A stretch of DNA of 26,998 nt from Deltaproteobacteria bacterium TL4 (GCA_051382335.1 JBBCAX010000176.1:1-26998), one strand, 5' to 3'; numbered from the stretch's first letter, positions 9,255 to 19,260 are shown. The notes: generated by a model not told the origin, from the sequence alone. Translations and numbers: made by a program.

Positions 9255-9392
9255 GGCTACCCACATAAAGTGGGACAAAGTCGGTAGGTTGGGTAGAGGA
9301 ACGAAACCCAACAATCCTTGGGGTTACTAGGGTTTGTTGGGTTTCGCTAACGCTCTACCCAACCTACGTTGTCCCGTCTTAAATGAGTAGCC
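9255..9392. mobile_element. MITE-like element (family A, copy 2) carrying a REP doublet
   Basis: TIRs GGCTACCCACATAAAGTGGGACA (9255-9277) and TGTCCCGTCTTAAATGAGTAGCC (9370-9392), 17/23 complementary. Flanking direct repeat TTTCAG (9249-9254 and 9393-9398). REP halves at 9284-9312 and 9336-9367. Confidence 0.8.
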
Positions 9393-9419
9393 TTTCAGGT
9401 CAGCAATTGTATCGGAGCT

Positions 9420-10700
9420 CTATTGACTCAGATATTTACGAACTGAGGCCAGTTTGACACAAGTTACAAAAACTTGCATGGTTTGGTCCAGCTCAGATAA
9501 CGCGGGGAAAGACGGAGAAAGTCTGATGTTTGAATCCGCGGGGTCCTTTTTATAAGGAAAGGTCGCGCCTGCAGGGGTTAATTTGACGCCAGCTTCTCCC
9601 GCAAGTTTTACAACTTCTTGAGCCAATCCCGGTAACAGATCACAGGAGATGAAATACCCTCCCAGAGGATTCGTCCATGAAGCGATACCCAGTTCGCCCA
9701 AACCTTCGGCCAAGTGTTTGACGACTAAATCAAACTTGGGTTTTAAAAGTTTAGCATGTTTTTTCATATGTTCTCTGAGGCCATCGGTATTTTTAAAAAA
9801 CTTCACATGGCGCTGCTGATTGACCTTGTCAGGTCCAATGGTGAGGATCGTCAAGCGCTTCAAAAATTCCTTCAAATTGGCCTCGGAAGCGCCCATAAAC
9901 GCGATACTGGCACCCGCGAAGGTCACTTTTGAAAAAGAACTGGTGATGATGACCGTATCCTCCGTGCCATGCTTTCGACAACATTGCATAATATTGGCAA
10001 GCTCAGGCGGATTGTCCACAAAATCATGAATGACATAAGCGTTATCCCACATCACTCTAAAATTCGGACCTGCGATTTTTCCTAAAGCCGCAATCCGGTC
10101 TACAACCTTGTCGGAGTAGACATGGCCTGTCGGATTGGAATACTTGGGAACACACCAGATCCCTTTGATTGAAGGATCTTTCTTGACCATGGATTCAATC
10201 ACAGCCATATCAGGTCCCTCCTCCGTCAAAGGAACAGGAATCATGGTGATGTTCAGCTCCTCACAAATGCTGAAATGGCGGTCATAGCCAGGAACGGGAC
10301 ATAGAAATTTTACCGGTTCTTTCTCAAGCGACCAGGCGGGGGCTTTTCCGCGGACACCATAGAAATAGGCCTGACTTAAAACCTGATACATGAGTGTCAG
10401 GCTGCTGTTGCCTCCAATCAAGACTTCTTCAGGACGAACCCCCAAGAGGGGCGCGACCAGTTGTTTGGCTTCGGTGAGGCCATCCAAGCCTCCGTAATTT
10501 CTCAAATCGGTCCCATCGCTGAGAACATATTGTCCCTCCAAAATACCGTCGAGCCCCTGGCTCAGGTCCAGTTGATCGGCCCCAGGCTTGCCACGTGTTA
10601 AGTCAAGTTTTAAGCCTTGTTTCTTAAAAGACTGATATCGCTCAAGAAGTTGAGTTTCCAACGTTTTGAGTTGAGATTGAGAGTAGTTTTTTAGTTCCAA
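9420..10700 (-). CDS. PLP-dependent class I/II aminotransferase, similar to the Rv3722c/actinobacterial-type aspartate aminotransferases
   Basis: Motifs LDLTRGKP, VPGYDRHF, VPKYSNPTG, WDNAY and SFSKVTF (PLP lysine). TTG start preceded by AGGAG. Confidence 0.88.
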   Translation of the reverse strand: MELKNYSQSQLKTLETQLLERYQSFKKQGLKLDLTRGKPGADQLDLSQGLDGILEGQYVLSDGTDLRNYGGLDGLTEAKQLVAPLLGVRPEEVLIGGNSSLTLMYQVLSQAYFYGVRGKAPAWSLEKEPVKFLCPVPGYDRHFSICEELNITMIPVPLTEEGPDMAVIESMVKKDPSIKGIWCVPKYSNPTGHVYSDKVVDRIAALGKIAGPNFRVMWDNAYVIHDFVDNPPELANIMQCCRKHGTEDTVIITSSFSKVTFAGASIAFMGASEANLKEFLKRLTILTIGPDKVNQQRHVKFFKNTDGLREHMKKHAKLLKPKFDLVVKHLAEGLGELGIASWTNPLGGYFISCDLLPGLAQEVVKLAGEAGVKLTPAGATFPYKKDPADSNIRLSPSFPALSELDQTMQVFVTCVKLASVRKYLSQ

Positions 10701-10785
10701 AGCGGTCTCCTTTTGTTAGTGATAATACCTACAGCTTTCAGTTTTGGATGCGGTTGGAATTTACCTTAGCCATTGGATGCTACAA

Positions 10786-10806
10786 GATAAATCATAATTA
10801 TTTATC
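10786..10806. promoter_or_regulatory. Candidate transcription-factor operator (7-7-7 inverted repeat)
   Basis: GATAAAT-CATAATT-ATTTATC, about 85 bp upstream of the aminotransferase start. AT-rich, so it could be chance. Confidence 0.25.
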
Positions 10807-10900
10807 AAATTCAGGCTCTTTTGAATCATTCGTGAGCTGCCCTTTTGTATCGTCTATAGATGAGAAGCGGTAGAACCAAAGGAGTATTTTTTCTGTAAAA

Positions 10901-12331
10901 TCAACCGTTGAGTTTTTCCTCCAGCAGTCGATTGATGATTTCAGGATTGGCTTTTCCTTTGGTTGCTTTCATTAATTGTCCGATGAAAAAACTGATGATT
11001 TTTGTTTTTCCGGATCTGTATTGTGCCACCTGATCAGGATTTGCCGCCATCAGATCTGCAACCATTTGGCTTAACGCGACTTCATCAGACATTTGCGAGA
11101 GGCTTTTGTCCTCCACGATCGCCTTGGGGGACTTCCCTGTCCTCAACATTTCCTCAAAGACTTTTTTCGCCATACTGCTGCTGACCGATTTGCTTTGAAC
11201 CAAACCCAGCAATTCTTGCAGCTTCTCAGGGGTTATATTTAAATCCTTAAGCCCTTTTTGCGTTTCATTCATCACTCGGGCAAATTCCGAGTTTAACCAA
11301 TTGCAAACCAGTTTAGGTTCCCCGCCTAAGGAAATCACTTCTTCAAAGTAATCAGCGACTTCACGATTGACTACTAAGGCCGCCACATCACGTTCCTTAA
11401 GACCATAGTGTTCTTGAAATCTCTGGGCTTTTGCCTCAGGAAGTTCAGGGAGGGTTTGTCTCAGATTTTCAATTTGTGCTTGAGTAATCTGGACCACGGG
11501 TAAGTCGGGATCAGGAAAATAACGATAATCATGGGCGTCTTCCTTGGATCGCATACTATAGGTGATTTTCCGTTGAGAATCCCACAACCGTGTTTCCTGC
11601 ACAATGGTTTCTCCCTCAAAAAGCACTTCCGTCTGACGCTCTATCTCATAATTAATCGCTTGCTGCACAAACCGGAAGGAATTCAGATTTTTCGTTTCGG
11701 TTCTTGTCCCAAACGCGGCCTGCCCTTGAGGCCTCAGGGAGACATTGGCATCACAGCGTAACTCGCCTTTTTCCATATTTCCGTTGCAGACTCCAAGATA
11801 ACTTACAAGGGAGTGAATTTTCTCCATATAAGCTTTTGCCTCGGCGGATGTTCGAAGATCCGGCTCACTGACAATTTCCAGCAAGGGGATCCCCGCTCGG
11901 TTTAAATCAACAAAACTATGCTCTCCCTGCTCTTCATGAACCAGTTTCCCCGCGTCTTCTTCCATATGAATTCTGGTGATGCCAATTCTTTTGCTCACTC
12001 CCTCAACTTCTATATCCACCCAGCCTTTTTCACAGATAGGCCGATCATATTGTGAAATTTGATAGGCTTTGGGCAGATCGGGATAAAAATAATTTTTCCT
12101 TGCGAATTGAGAGTCCATGCGAATTTTGCAATGAGTGGCCAAGCCCAGTTTGATCGCGTTTTCTACGACTTTACCGTTCAGGACAGGGAGCACACCGGGA
12201 AGTCCCAAACAAACAGGGCACGTGTTATCATTTGGGGCGCGACCAAATTCAGTGGAACACCGACAAAATATTTTAGACTCGGTTGCCATCTGGGCGTGTA
12301 TTTCTAAACCAATCACAGGTTCTAATTCCAT
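10901..12331 (-). CDS. gatB: Asp-tRNA(Asn)/Glu-tRNA(Gln) amidotransferase subunit B
   Basis: VIGLEIHAQ, RKNYFYPDLPKAYQISQ, HMEEDAGK, RCDANVS, ETKNLNSF, DYRYFPDPDL and a C-terminal YqeY-like tail. RBS GAGGAGG. Confidence 0.98.
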   Translation of the reverse strand: MELEPVIGLEIHAQMATESKIFCRCSTEFGRAPNDNTCPVCLGLPGVLPVLNGKVVENAIKLGLATHCKIRMDSQFARKNYFYPDLPKAYQISQYDRPICEKGWVDIEVEGVSKRIGITRIHMEEDAGKLVHEEQGEHSFVDLNRAGIPLLEIVSEPDLRTSAEAKAYMEKIHSLVSYLGVCNGNMEKGELRCDANVSLRPQGQAAFGTRTETKNLNSFRFVQQAINYEIERQTEVLFEGETIVQETRLWDSQRKITYSMRSKEDAHDYRYFPDPDLPVVQITQAQIENLRQTLPELPEAKAQRFQEHYGLKERDVAALVVNREVADYFEEVISLGGEPKLVCNWLNSEFARVMNETQKGLKDLNITPEKLQELLGLVQSKSVSSSMAKKVFEEMLRTGKSPKAIVEDKSLSQMSDEVALSQMVADLMAANPDQVAQYRSGKTKIISFFIGQLMKATKGKANPEIINRLLEEKLNG

Positions 12332-12431
12332 AATGCCTCCTCAAATTCCAAGAAATTGGAGAAAAAGATTCAATTTATTGCTTTCCAGCGCAAAAACATA
12401 GGGTGAGCCACCTAAAGAGACAATCTAAATT

Positions 12432-14039
12432 TTAGGCTCGGGTCATCACCCTCTTGATTAAATTATGTTTTAAAAGCGTTGAAGCCGTAAGAACGCCTCC
12501 CATCAAGGCACCGCCGACTCCAGCCGTGGCCACATCTTGTCCGGTTAAATAAAGGTTTTTTATCGGAGTCTGAGGACGGAGCCATTGTTGACGAAACCGT
12601 CCCGGCCCATGCGAAAGTCCATAGATTTCGCCCTTTGGATAGTTGGCAAAATGCTTTGTGGACAAGGGGGTGGAAAGCTCTTGATAGTCGATATGTCCCT
12701 CTACTTGAGGAACCACACGATAGAGTTGTTCCAGCAAACGGTTGGAATAATAATTTTTAAAATCCTCATATTCTTTTCCGCGTTTACCCCAGGTCGTGTT
12801 TTCCCATTTTTGAAACCATTCGTAAGGGGCAAAACTCACCACTTCAATAGTGGCTTTCCCGGGATAGCGTTTATTCCATTCGGGGTCTTTGGCCGAAGGA
12901 AAGGAAATATAGACGACGGGCAGAGGCGAATTTTCGGGATCCTTTAAAAATTTTTTCAGGTTGGCATCATGGTCATAGTCGGGATAAATCCAGTAATTGG
13001 CCCGTTTCAACTTTAAGTCTTCCGCTGATTGATTGAGTCCGAGATAAAGGCAAAGATGAGAGGCCGAGGTCGACACATTTTTAAGTTTTTTGGGAAATTT
13101 ATGTTTTTCCGCGATGGAAGAGTCTAATAACTCGTTGTAGGTATTAAGCACACCGGCATTACTGATGATGATCTCCGCATGGATCTCAGGCCCGCCCTTG
13201 ATTTGAATCCCGATGGCCTTGTTGTCCTGAACTAAAATACGCTCCACTTGCGCATTGGTCAAGATCTGCCCTCCCCCCTTCAGAATAACAGGTTCAATGC
13301 TCCTGGCAATACTTGAGGAACCCCCGACAGGATAACAGGCACCATCAAAATAATGTTTGGCCACCATTGCGTGAATGGCGAAGGAAGCTTCAGACGGAGG
13401 CATTCCATAGTCTCCCCATTGTCCGGCGAGCACCGCTTGTAACTGGGGATTCTTCGTCAAGGAACCCAGGACTTCTTTGACGGTTTGGTCTGACAGTTGA
13501 TGAAACTTCCGTGAAGTGACGGGTTGAGTGACCGTATTCAGCCAAGGTGGAAGAAATTTCCCCATAAAGAACAACCCGGAAGCTGTATTGACCTGGTAAA
13601 CCAGACGGACATACCGTTCTATGGCTTTACGTTCTTCTGGAAAATAGCCGCAAAGTTTTTCCGTTAGATTTCTGGTACCGGAGACCAAATCATACGTAGC
13701 CTCTTTGAAAACAAGACGATCATAGACCTCATCCATTTTGGCCCATTGCAATTGTCCCTCAGTGATGTAGTCAAAGATTCGCCTTAAAACTGAATTCTTG
13801 CGATGAACTTCTCCCACATAATGAACCCCAACATCCCATTCATAGCCTTTTCGTTTATAAGAATGCGTAAACCCTCCGGCCGTGTAGTGCTGCTCCAGTA
13901 CCAAAACTTTCTTGCCTGCTTTTGATAAAAAAGCGGCTGTTGCCAAACCCCCAATGCCTGAACCGATAACAATCGCGTCATAAGGCTCATTTAAGCGTTT
14001 CGGAGAGAATTTCTGTCCTATCAATACATTATTTGCCAT
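12432..14039 (-). CDS. FAD-dependent oxidoreductase of the phytoene desaturase / all-trans-retinol 13,14-reductase family
   Basis: Rossmann motif YDAIVIGSGIGG...LEQH, GYEWDVGVHYVG, YISFPSAKDP, STPLS and NLYLTGQD. Likely start is ATG 14039 (MANNV) rather than 14198. Confidence 0.9.
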   Translation of the reverse strand: MANNVLIGQKFSPKRLNEPYDAIVIGSGIGGLATAAFLSKAGKKVLVLEQHYTAGGFTHSYKRKGYEWDVGVHYVGEVHRKNSVLRRIFDYITEGQLQWAKMDEVYDRLVFKEATYDLVSGTRNLTEKLCGYFPEERKAIERYVRLVYQVNTASGLFFMGKFLPPWLNTVTQPVTSRKFHQLSDQTVKEVLGSLTKNPQLQAVLAGQWGDYGMPPSEASFAIHAMVAKHYFDGACYPVGGSSSIARSIEPVILKGGGQILTNAQVERILVQDNKAIGIQIKGGPEIHAEIIISNAGVLNTYNELLDSSIAEKHKFPKKLKNVSTSASHLCLYLGLNQSAEDLKLKRANYWIYPDYDHDANLKKFLKDPENSPLPVVYISFPSAKDPEWNKRYPGKATIEVVSFAPYEWFQKWENTTWGKRGKEYEDFKNYYSNRLLEQLYRVVPQVEGHIDYQELSTPLSTKHFANYPKGEIYGLSHGPGRFRQQWLRPQTPIKNLYLTGQDVATAGVGGALMGGVLTASTLLKHNLIKRVMTRA

Positions 14040-14372
14040 AATTACCTTTGCTCTAAGTGGTCCCTGTAAGTTCTTTGTTGTATTGGAAGTTTCTGTTGAC
14101 CAGCACATCCGCCCCCTGGCGGGTGAGGACGCTCTTTTGTGTTGTACATAGCGATGAGGTTCTGTAATCGCAAGTGTATTTTGCTCAAAAAACAGCAACG
14201 CTCAATCGAGAACCATTGAGCACGGGGAGCTTGCGGGAAGAGAATTACAGAGGATTATTGTGTTTTTACCAAGATCTTGTTATGTTCTTAGTAGTTGATT
14301 CTCCCTAATTCCGTGAGCCCTCCTCAAGAAAAGCTCATCACAATTGATTTTTTGAAATGACTTTGTCGACCT

Positions 14373-16823
14373 ATGAAGCAATTTTTTCAATTTAATAAGC
14401 TTAAAACCAAATTAACGTTGTGGTTTCTGGGGGTAGCGTTACTGCCCCTATTGACGGTCAGTACGGTTATTTATTACCAGCGTGTCGCCTCTATTAAAGC
14501 GGAGGCCTTTCGTAAACTAACAGCGATTCGAGATCTGAAAATCGGACAAATCAATAACTGGTTAGACGAGCGCATAGGCGATATGCAAACCCTTTCTGAA
14601 TATAATGAGATAAAAGACCTTGATTCCATCTTCAGCTCCCCCGCCCCTGTTTCAGAATCGGAACCGGTCCTCAAAGAAATCAGACTTTTATTAAATCGTT
14701 ATGTCCGCAACTATAAAGATTGGAGTGAACTATTGATCCTCAATCCTGTCTCCGGGAAGGTTGAAGTTTCCTCCTCTCAAAATGCTGAAGGACAAACTCA
14801 CTGGAATGAACCTTATTTTACGGAACTTTTGAAATCACAAACGATCCACATTCAAAACATCTATTATTCAAAAACATTGTTAAAGCCGATTATGACTTTA
14901 TCAATTCCGCTCTATGGAAAGCATAAAGAAATCATGGGTCTGTTAGTGGGAAGGGTTGATTTGGAAAGTTCTCTGTATCGAATGCTTCTGGACCGGACAG
15001 GAATGGGGAACACCGGAGAAACCCTGATTGTGAATAAGGACAGTATCGCGCTGAATGAGTTGATGTGGGATAAAAACGCGCCTCTCCGTTTGAAAATTAA
15101 AGCAAAACCCGCGGTTATGGCTTCCCAGGGAGGAACGGGGATCATTGAGGCACAGGATTATAGAAACATTGAGGTTTTGGCTGCCTATAGCTCTATTCCC
15201 AGAACACAGTGGGGGTTTGTCGCCAAACAAGACCAAAAGGAAATCTATGCCCCCATTGCTGTCATGATTCGTGATATTTCTGTGCTACTTTTGGGATCAA
15301 TCGTCATTGTGTATTTGGTTTCTTTTTTTACGGCCGACACCATTGCCCGTTCTGTTTTGAAAATGACCCATGTTTCCAGAAGAATGCAAGCCGGTGAATT
15401 ATCCGCGAGAAATGTCAAAACAAGTGACGATGAACTGGGGGAACTGGCGTTAGCTTTCAACAAGATGGCGGATGAATTAATGGGGAAAATTTTAATTCAG
15501 CAAGGCGTTGCAGAATTAGCCGAAGCCTTGGTCAGAACGGTAAGCATCGAAGAGCCAGATTTTATTCATGTTCTGATTGAAAAAATACATCATTTCACCG
15601 ATTCTTACACTGCTGTTTTTTATTTATTCACGCATCAGCATAATAATTTTGAACCTCTTTACGCAATTGGTGCGGAGGAAGCGTTACTGAAATCGTTGAA
15701 AAAATATATTTTTGAAGCGGAAATGAGTAAAGTCCTGGTATCGAGGCAGGCCTCACACCTTAAAAACATTCCGTATGAGACCACGCTGAATTTCAAGTCA
15801 GCGGTTGAAAGCGCGCTTCCAAAGGAAGTTTTCACTTTTCCTGTACTGGCCCAGGATCAGGTTCTTGGAGGGATTTCTATTTCTACGCTCAACAGTTACA
15901 CCAAGAATCATCTGGAATTATTAAGTCATACTCAAATGATGATCCACACCCAGTTTTCAAATTTGTGGGCTAATGAAAACACCATAAAATTAGCCATCGA
16001 ATTGAGTGAAAAAAATTTAGAACTTGAACACCTGGCCCTAAAACTTCAAAACCAGTCTAATGATTTTAAAATTCAGAATAGGGAGTTAGAGCTTCAACGA
16101 AGCAAAGTGGAGGAAGCCAATCGGTTAAAAAGTGAATTCCTTTCCAATATCAGCCATGAATTCAAAACACCGCTCAACTCCATTATGGCCCTCTCCAGAG
16201 CGTTGTTACGAAAAACAAAAGATAAACTTCCGGAAAAAGAAATTCAGCTCCTGGAAGTTATTGAACGAAATGGGAAACAACTGCTGGCGATGATTAACGA
16301 TATTCTGGAACTGGCAAAAATTGATTCAGGAAAGCTTGAGTTAAAGCATCATTTGTTTCAATTTGAAATGACGCTTCAGTCCATCCTTGAAAATATAAAA
16401 CCGGTTGCTGACGAAAAAAACATTGAACTCACGCACCATTGGTCCAGTCCTCTGCCAATGATGGTTAATGATGAACAAAAAGTACATCAAATTTTACAAA
16501 ATATTATTGGAAACGCAGTCAAATTCACCATGCGGGGAAGTGTTGATATTTCAGTAGCTCACGATGCCGAAACCATGAGGATCCAGGTCAAAGACTCGGG
16601 TATAGGGATTCCCAAAGAAGAAATACCGTATATTTTTGAAGAATTCAGACAAGTCGATGGCAGTTTATCAAGACCCTTTGAAGGGGCAGGACTTGGGCTT
16701 GCGATTGCATATAAAGCCGCCAAAGTGATAGGCGGAGATATTTCAGTAGAAAGCGAAGTCCATCAGGGAACGTTATTCACCATACGTCTTCCCCTAAAGT
16801 TGAAGTCGGTAACTCAGAACTGA
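14373..16823 (+). CDS. Membrane sensor histidine kinase (dCache-HAMP-GAF-like-HisKA-HATPase)
   Basis: Two TMs around a Cache-like region; HAMP (DELGELALAFNKM); H-box FLSNISHEFKTPL; N-box NIIGNAVKFT; G1 DSGIGI; G2 GAGLGL. Confidence 0.93.
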   Translation: MKQFFQFNKLKTKLTLWFLGVALLPLLTVSTVIYYQRVASIKAEAFRKLTAIRDLKIGQINNWLDERIGDMQTLSEYNEIKDLDSIFSSPAPVSESEPVLKEIRLLLNRYVRNYKDWSELLILNPVSGKVEVSSSQNAEGQTHWNEPYFTELLKSQTIHIQNIYYSKTLLKPIMTLSIPLYGKHKEIMGLLVGRVDLESSLYRMLLDRTGMGNTGETLIVNKDSIALNELMWDKNAPLRLKIKAKPAVMASQGGTGIIEAQDYRNIEVLAAYSSIPRTQWGFVAKQDQKEIYAPIAVMIRDISVLLLGSIVIVYLVSFFTADTIARSVLKMTHVSRRMQAGELSARNVKTSDDELGELALAFNKMADELMGKILIQQGVAELAEALVRTVSIEEPDFIHVLIEKIHHFTDSYTAVFYLFTHQHNNFEPLYAIGAEEALLKSLKKYIFEAEMSKVLVSRQASHLKNIPYETTLNFKSAVESALPKEVFTFPVLAQDQVLGGISISTLNSYTKNHLELLSHTQMMIHTQFSNLWANENTIKLAIELSEKNLELEHLALKLQNQSNDFKIQNRELELQRSKVEEANRLKSEFLSNISHEFKTPLNSIMALSRALLRKTKDKLPEKEIQLLEVIERNGKQLLAMINDILELAKIDSGKLELKHHLFQFEMTLQSILENIKPVADEKNIELTHHWSSPLPMMVNDEQKVHQILQNIIGNAVKFTMRGSVDISVAHDAETMRIQVKDSGIGIPKEEIPYIFEEFRQVDGSLSRPFEGAGLGLAIAYKAAKVIGGDISVESEVHQGTLFTIRLPLKLKSVTQN

Positions 16824-16835
16824 AACCGATAACAG

Positions 16836-19211
16836 ATGAACATTCATAATCATGTAGAACGCATTATGCCCAGAATCTTAGCAATTGATGATCAGAAAGA
16901 TAACTTACTCGTGTTGTCAACCTTATTGGAAGACCTGATGCCGGATTCAATCATAACCGTTGCCTCGTCAGGTCGTGAAGGGATTGAAAGGATCAAACAA
17001 GGGGAACCGGATGTGATCCTGTTGGATATTCTTATGCCCCAAATGGATGGTTTTGAGGTCTGCCAACAATTAAAAAAAGATGTGAATACCAAGCATATTC
17101 CCATCATCATGCTGACTGCGATGCAGACTGATTCCAACAGTCGCGTTAAAGCGCTGGAATTAGGCGCGGATGCCTTCCTTGCAAAGCCCCTTGAGGAAAA
17201 TGAACTGGTGGCGCAAATCAACGCGATGCTTCGGATTAAGAAAGCGGAAGACCGTTTAAGAAAGGAAAATGTATCTTTAGAAGAAATGGTCCTTCAAAAA
17301 ATATCCGATTTGCGAAAATCTGAAGAACGTTATAAATTGTTATTTGACAGTGCCAGTGAAGGCATTCTGGTCACAGATCTTGAAACCCTGAAATTTACTG
17401 ATTGTAATCCGGCCCTAGCTGCCATGCTGGGATACACTCAAGAGGAACTGAAGCAGTTGGGTGTTGACGATATTCATCCCAAAGCAATTTTGAGCCATGG
17501 TGAAGAATCATACACGCTTCCCTTTCAAAGTGAATCATCTTTTGCCCCCGTGGTTCCCTGTTTGAGAAAAGACGGGACTCTCATTTTTGTGGATATCAAC
17601 GCCAATCAATTTTTGATCCATGGGAAAAAGCATTCGGTAGGTTTTTACACGGATATCACTGCGCGTCTGAAAACAGAATCCGAAAAAAATCGTTTAGCCA
17701 AAGCGGTGGAGCAAGCCGCGGAATCCATCCTGATTACCGATGAGAAAGGAACTATTCTGTATGTCAATCCCGCTTTTGTAAGAACAACGGGTTATAAGCC
17801 TTCGGAAGTCCTCGGCAAGAATCCCAGAATTTTGAAAAGTGGAATACAAGATCAACATTTTTATCAGGAAATGTGGACTATTTTGAAAAAAGGAGAGGTT
17901 TGGAGTAATCCCATCATTAACAAGAATAAAAAAGGGGATTTTTATGAAGAAGTGATGACCATTTCTCCCATTCGTAATGAAACAGGAAAAATTACCAATT
18001 ATGTTGGAGTCAACTATGATATTTCCCGTGAACGGATTCTGGAAAAGCAACTCCAGCAAGCCCAGAAAAATGAGGCGATCGGAACTCTGGCAAGTGGGAT
18101 TGCCCATGATTTCAACAATATTCTCCAAGGTATTGTCTTAACCATCGATCTTGCGATAAGTACCCTTCCCAAAGACAGCAAAGCCGTTTTACACTTGGAA
18201 CAATCCATTCAATTCAGTATGCGTGGCGCCAGTTTGGTCAGACAGATTCTTACCTTCAGTCGCCAGTCTGATCAGAAATTTGCTACTATAAAAGTAATTC
18301 CTGTGATCAAGGAAATCCTTAAAATGATGAGGTCCACCTTACCTTCAACGATAGAAATCAAACAAAATATTCCCGAAGCGTGTGGCGATATTCAGGGGAA
18401 TTTAACCCAGATTCACCAAGTCATCCTGAACCTTTGCACGAACGCAAGTTATGCGATGAAAGACCGTGGCGGTCTGTTAGAACTCACCTTAGCGGAGGCA
18501 AAACTGGCTAAACCCGAAGCTAAAGGACTACAACCAAAAACCGCGCGTTATTTAAAATTAACAGTTCGGGACACGGGAACCGGGATGTCGAAGCAGGTCA
18601 AAAAACGCATCTTTGATCCGTTTTTTACCACCAAACCTCAAGGCGAAGGCACAGGCTTGGGACTATCGGTAGTACAGGGTATTGTTCAAAGTCATCATGG
18701 GATAATACACGTGGAGAGTCAGTTGAACAAAGGCACAACCTTTGACGTTTATTTCCCCGTTATTGAAGCTGTTGAAAAGCCCCTTTTGAAGGATAGTAAA
18801 CCCATGAAGATCCGAGGTGATGAACACCTTTTAGTCGTTGATGATGAGAAAATCGTCGCAACGATGGAAAAAGAAATTCTTGAGAACCTGGGATACCAGA
18901 TCAGTCTCGCTTATAGTGGGAAAGAAGCCTTAAGTCTATTGATGGAAAATCCTGGTGCGTTTGATTTGATTCTAACAGACCAAACCATGCCGGAAATGAG
19001 GGGAGAGCAACTTGCGTCAAAGATCAAGGAACTTGGATTTTCCCTACCTGTAATTTTAACGACGGGCTTCAGTAAAGCGATTGAGACAGAGACTTTACAA
19101 CAAAAAGGGATTCATAAACTGATCATGAAGCCTTTCAAAAGTGAGGAATTAGGACGTGCTATTCGGCAACTCCTTGACGAAAAAGCTTCACAAAGTCGCG
19201 CTGAGGCATAA
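16836..19211 (+). CDS. Cytoplasmic hybrid histidine kinase (REC-PAS-PAS-HisKA-HATPase-REC)
   Basis: REC1 ILAIDD...LLDILMP; two PAS domains; H-box GIAHDFNNIL; DPFFTTK; GTGLGL; REC2 LLVVDD...LTDQTMP. The start may instead be ATG 16866. Confidence 0.94.
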   Translation: MNIHNHVERIMPRILAIDDQKDNLLVLSTLLEDLMPDSIITVASSGREGIERIKQGEPDVILLDILMPQMDGFEVCQQLKKDVNTKHIPIIMLTAMQTDSNSRVKALELGADAFLAKPLEENELVAQINAMLRIKKAEDRLRKENVSLEEMVLQKISDLRKSEERYKLLFDSASEGILVTDLETLKFTDCNPALAAMLGYTQEELKQLGVDDIHPKAILSHGEESYTLPFQSESSFAPVVPCLRKDGTLIFVDINANQFLIHGKKHSVGFYTDITARLKTESEKNRLAKAVEQAAESILITDEKGTILYVNPAFVRTTGYKPSEVLGKNPRILKSGIQDQHFYQEMWTILKKGEVWSNPIINKNKKGDFYEEVMTISPIRNETGKITNYVGVNYDISRERILEKQLQQAQKNEAIGTLASGIAHDFNNILQGIVLTIDLAISTLPKDSKAVLHLEQSIQFSMRGASLVRQILTFSRQSDQKFATIKVIPVIKEILKMMRSTLPSTIEIKQNIPEACGDIQGNLTQIHQVILNLCTNASYAMKDRGGLLELTLAEAKLAKPEAKGLQPKTARYLKLTVRDTGTGMSKQVKKRIFDPFFTTKPQGEGTGLGLSVVQGIVQSHHGIIHVESQLNKGTTFDVYFPVIEAVEKPLLKDSKPMKIRGDEHLLVVDDEKIVATMEKEILENLGYQISLAYSGKEALSLLMENPGAFDLILTDQTMPEMRGEQLASKIKELGFSLPVILTTGFSKAIETETLQQKGIHKLIMKPFKSEELGRAIRQLLDEKASQSRAEA

Positions 19212-19260
19212 AAACCAATTTTCTCCGCGCGACTTTACGTTCTCTGCGTCTCTGCGTTAA
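19192..19260. repeat. Hairpin plus CTCTGCGT tandem repeat; possible bidirectional terminator or repeat remnant
   Basis: AAAGTCGCGCTGAG (19192-19205) and CTCCGCGCGACTTT (19223-19236) are 13/14 complementary. CTCTGCGT occurs twice at 19242-19257. Lies between convergent genes. Confidence 0.5.

Noticed and set aside
9192..9314. 41-aa N-terminal extension of the ABC transporter given in the ORF track
   Set aside because: It is translated from the REP/MITE and hairpin sequence; ATG 9191 gives a normal-length protein of 591 aa.
10851..10862. CGTCTATAGATG resembling a junction of two family B ends
   Set aside because: Only about 9 bp match on each side and the similarity does not extend; chance is likely.
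14040..14198. N-terminal extension of the oxidoreductase, or a riboswitch in this leader (hairpin CATCCGCC-CCCT-GGCGGGTG)
   Set aside because: The extension precedes the Rossmann motif and does not look protein-like. I could not match the hairpin to any riboswitch consensus; an Rfam scan would be needed.
16821..16838. Stop-codon readthrough fusing the two in-frame kinases
   Set aside because: Two in-frame stops (TGA AAC CGA TAA) separate them, and each gene is complete on its own.
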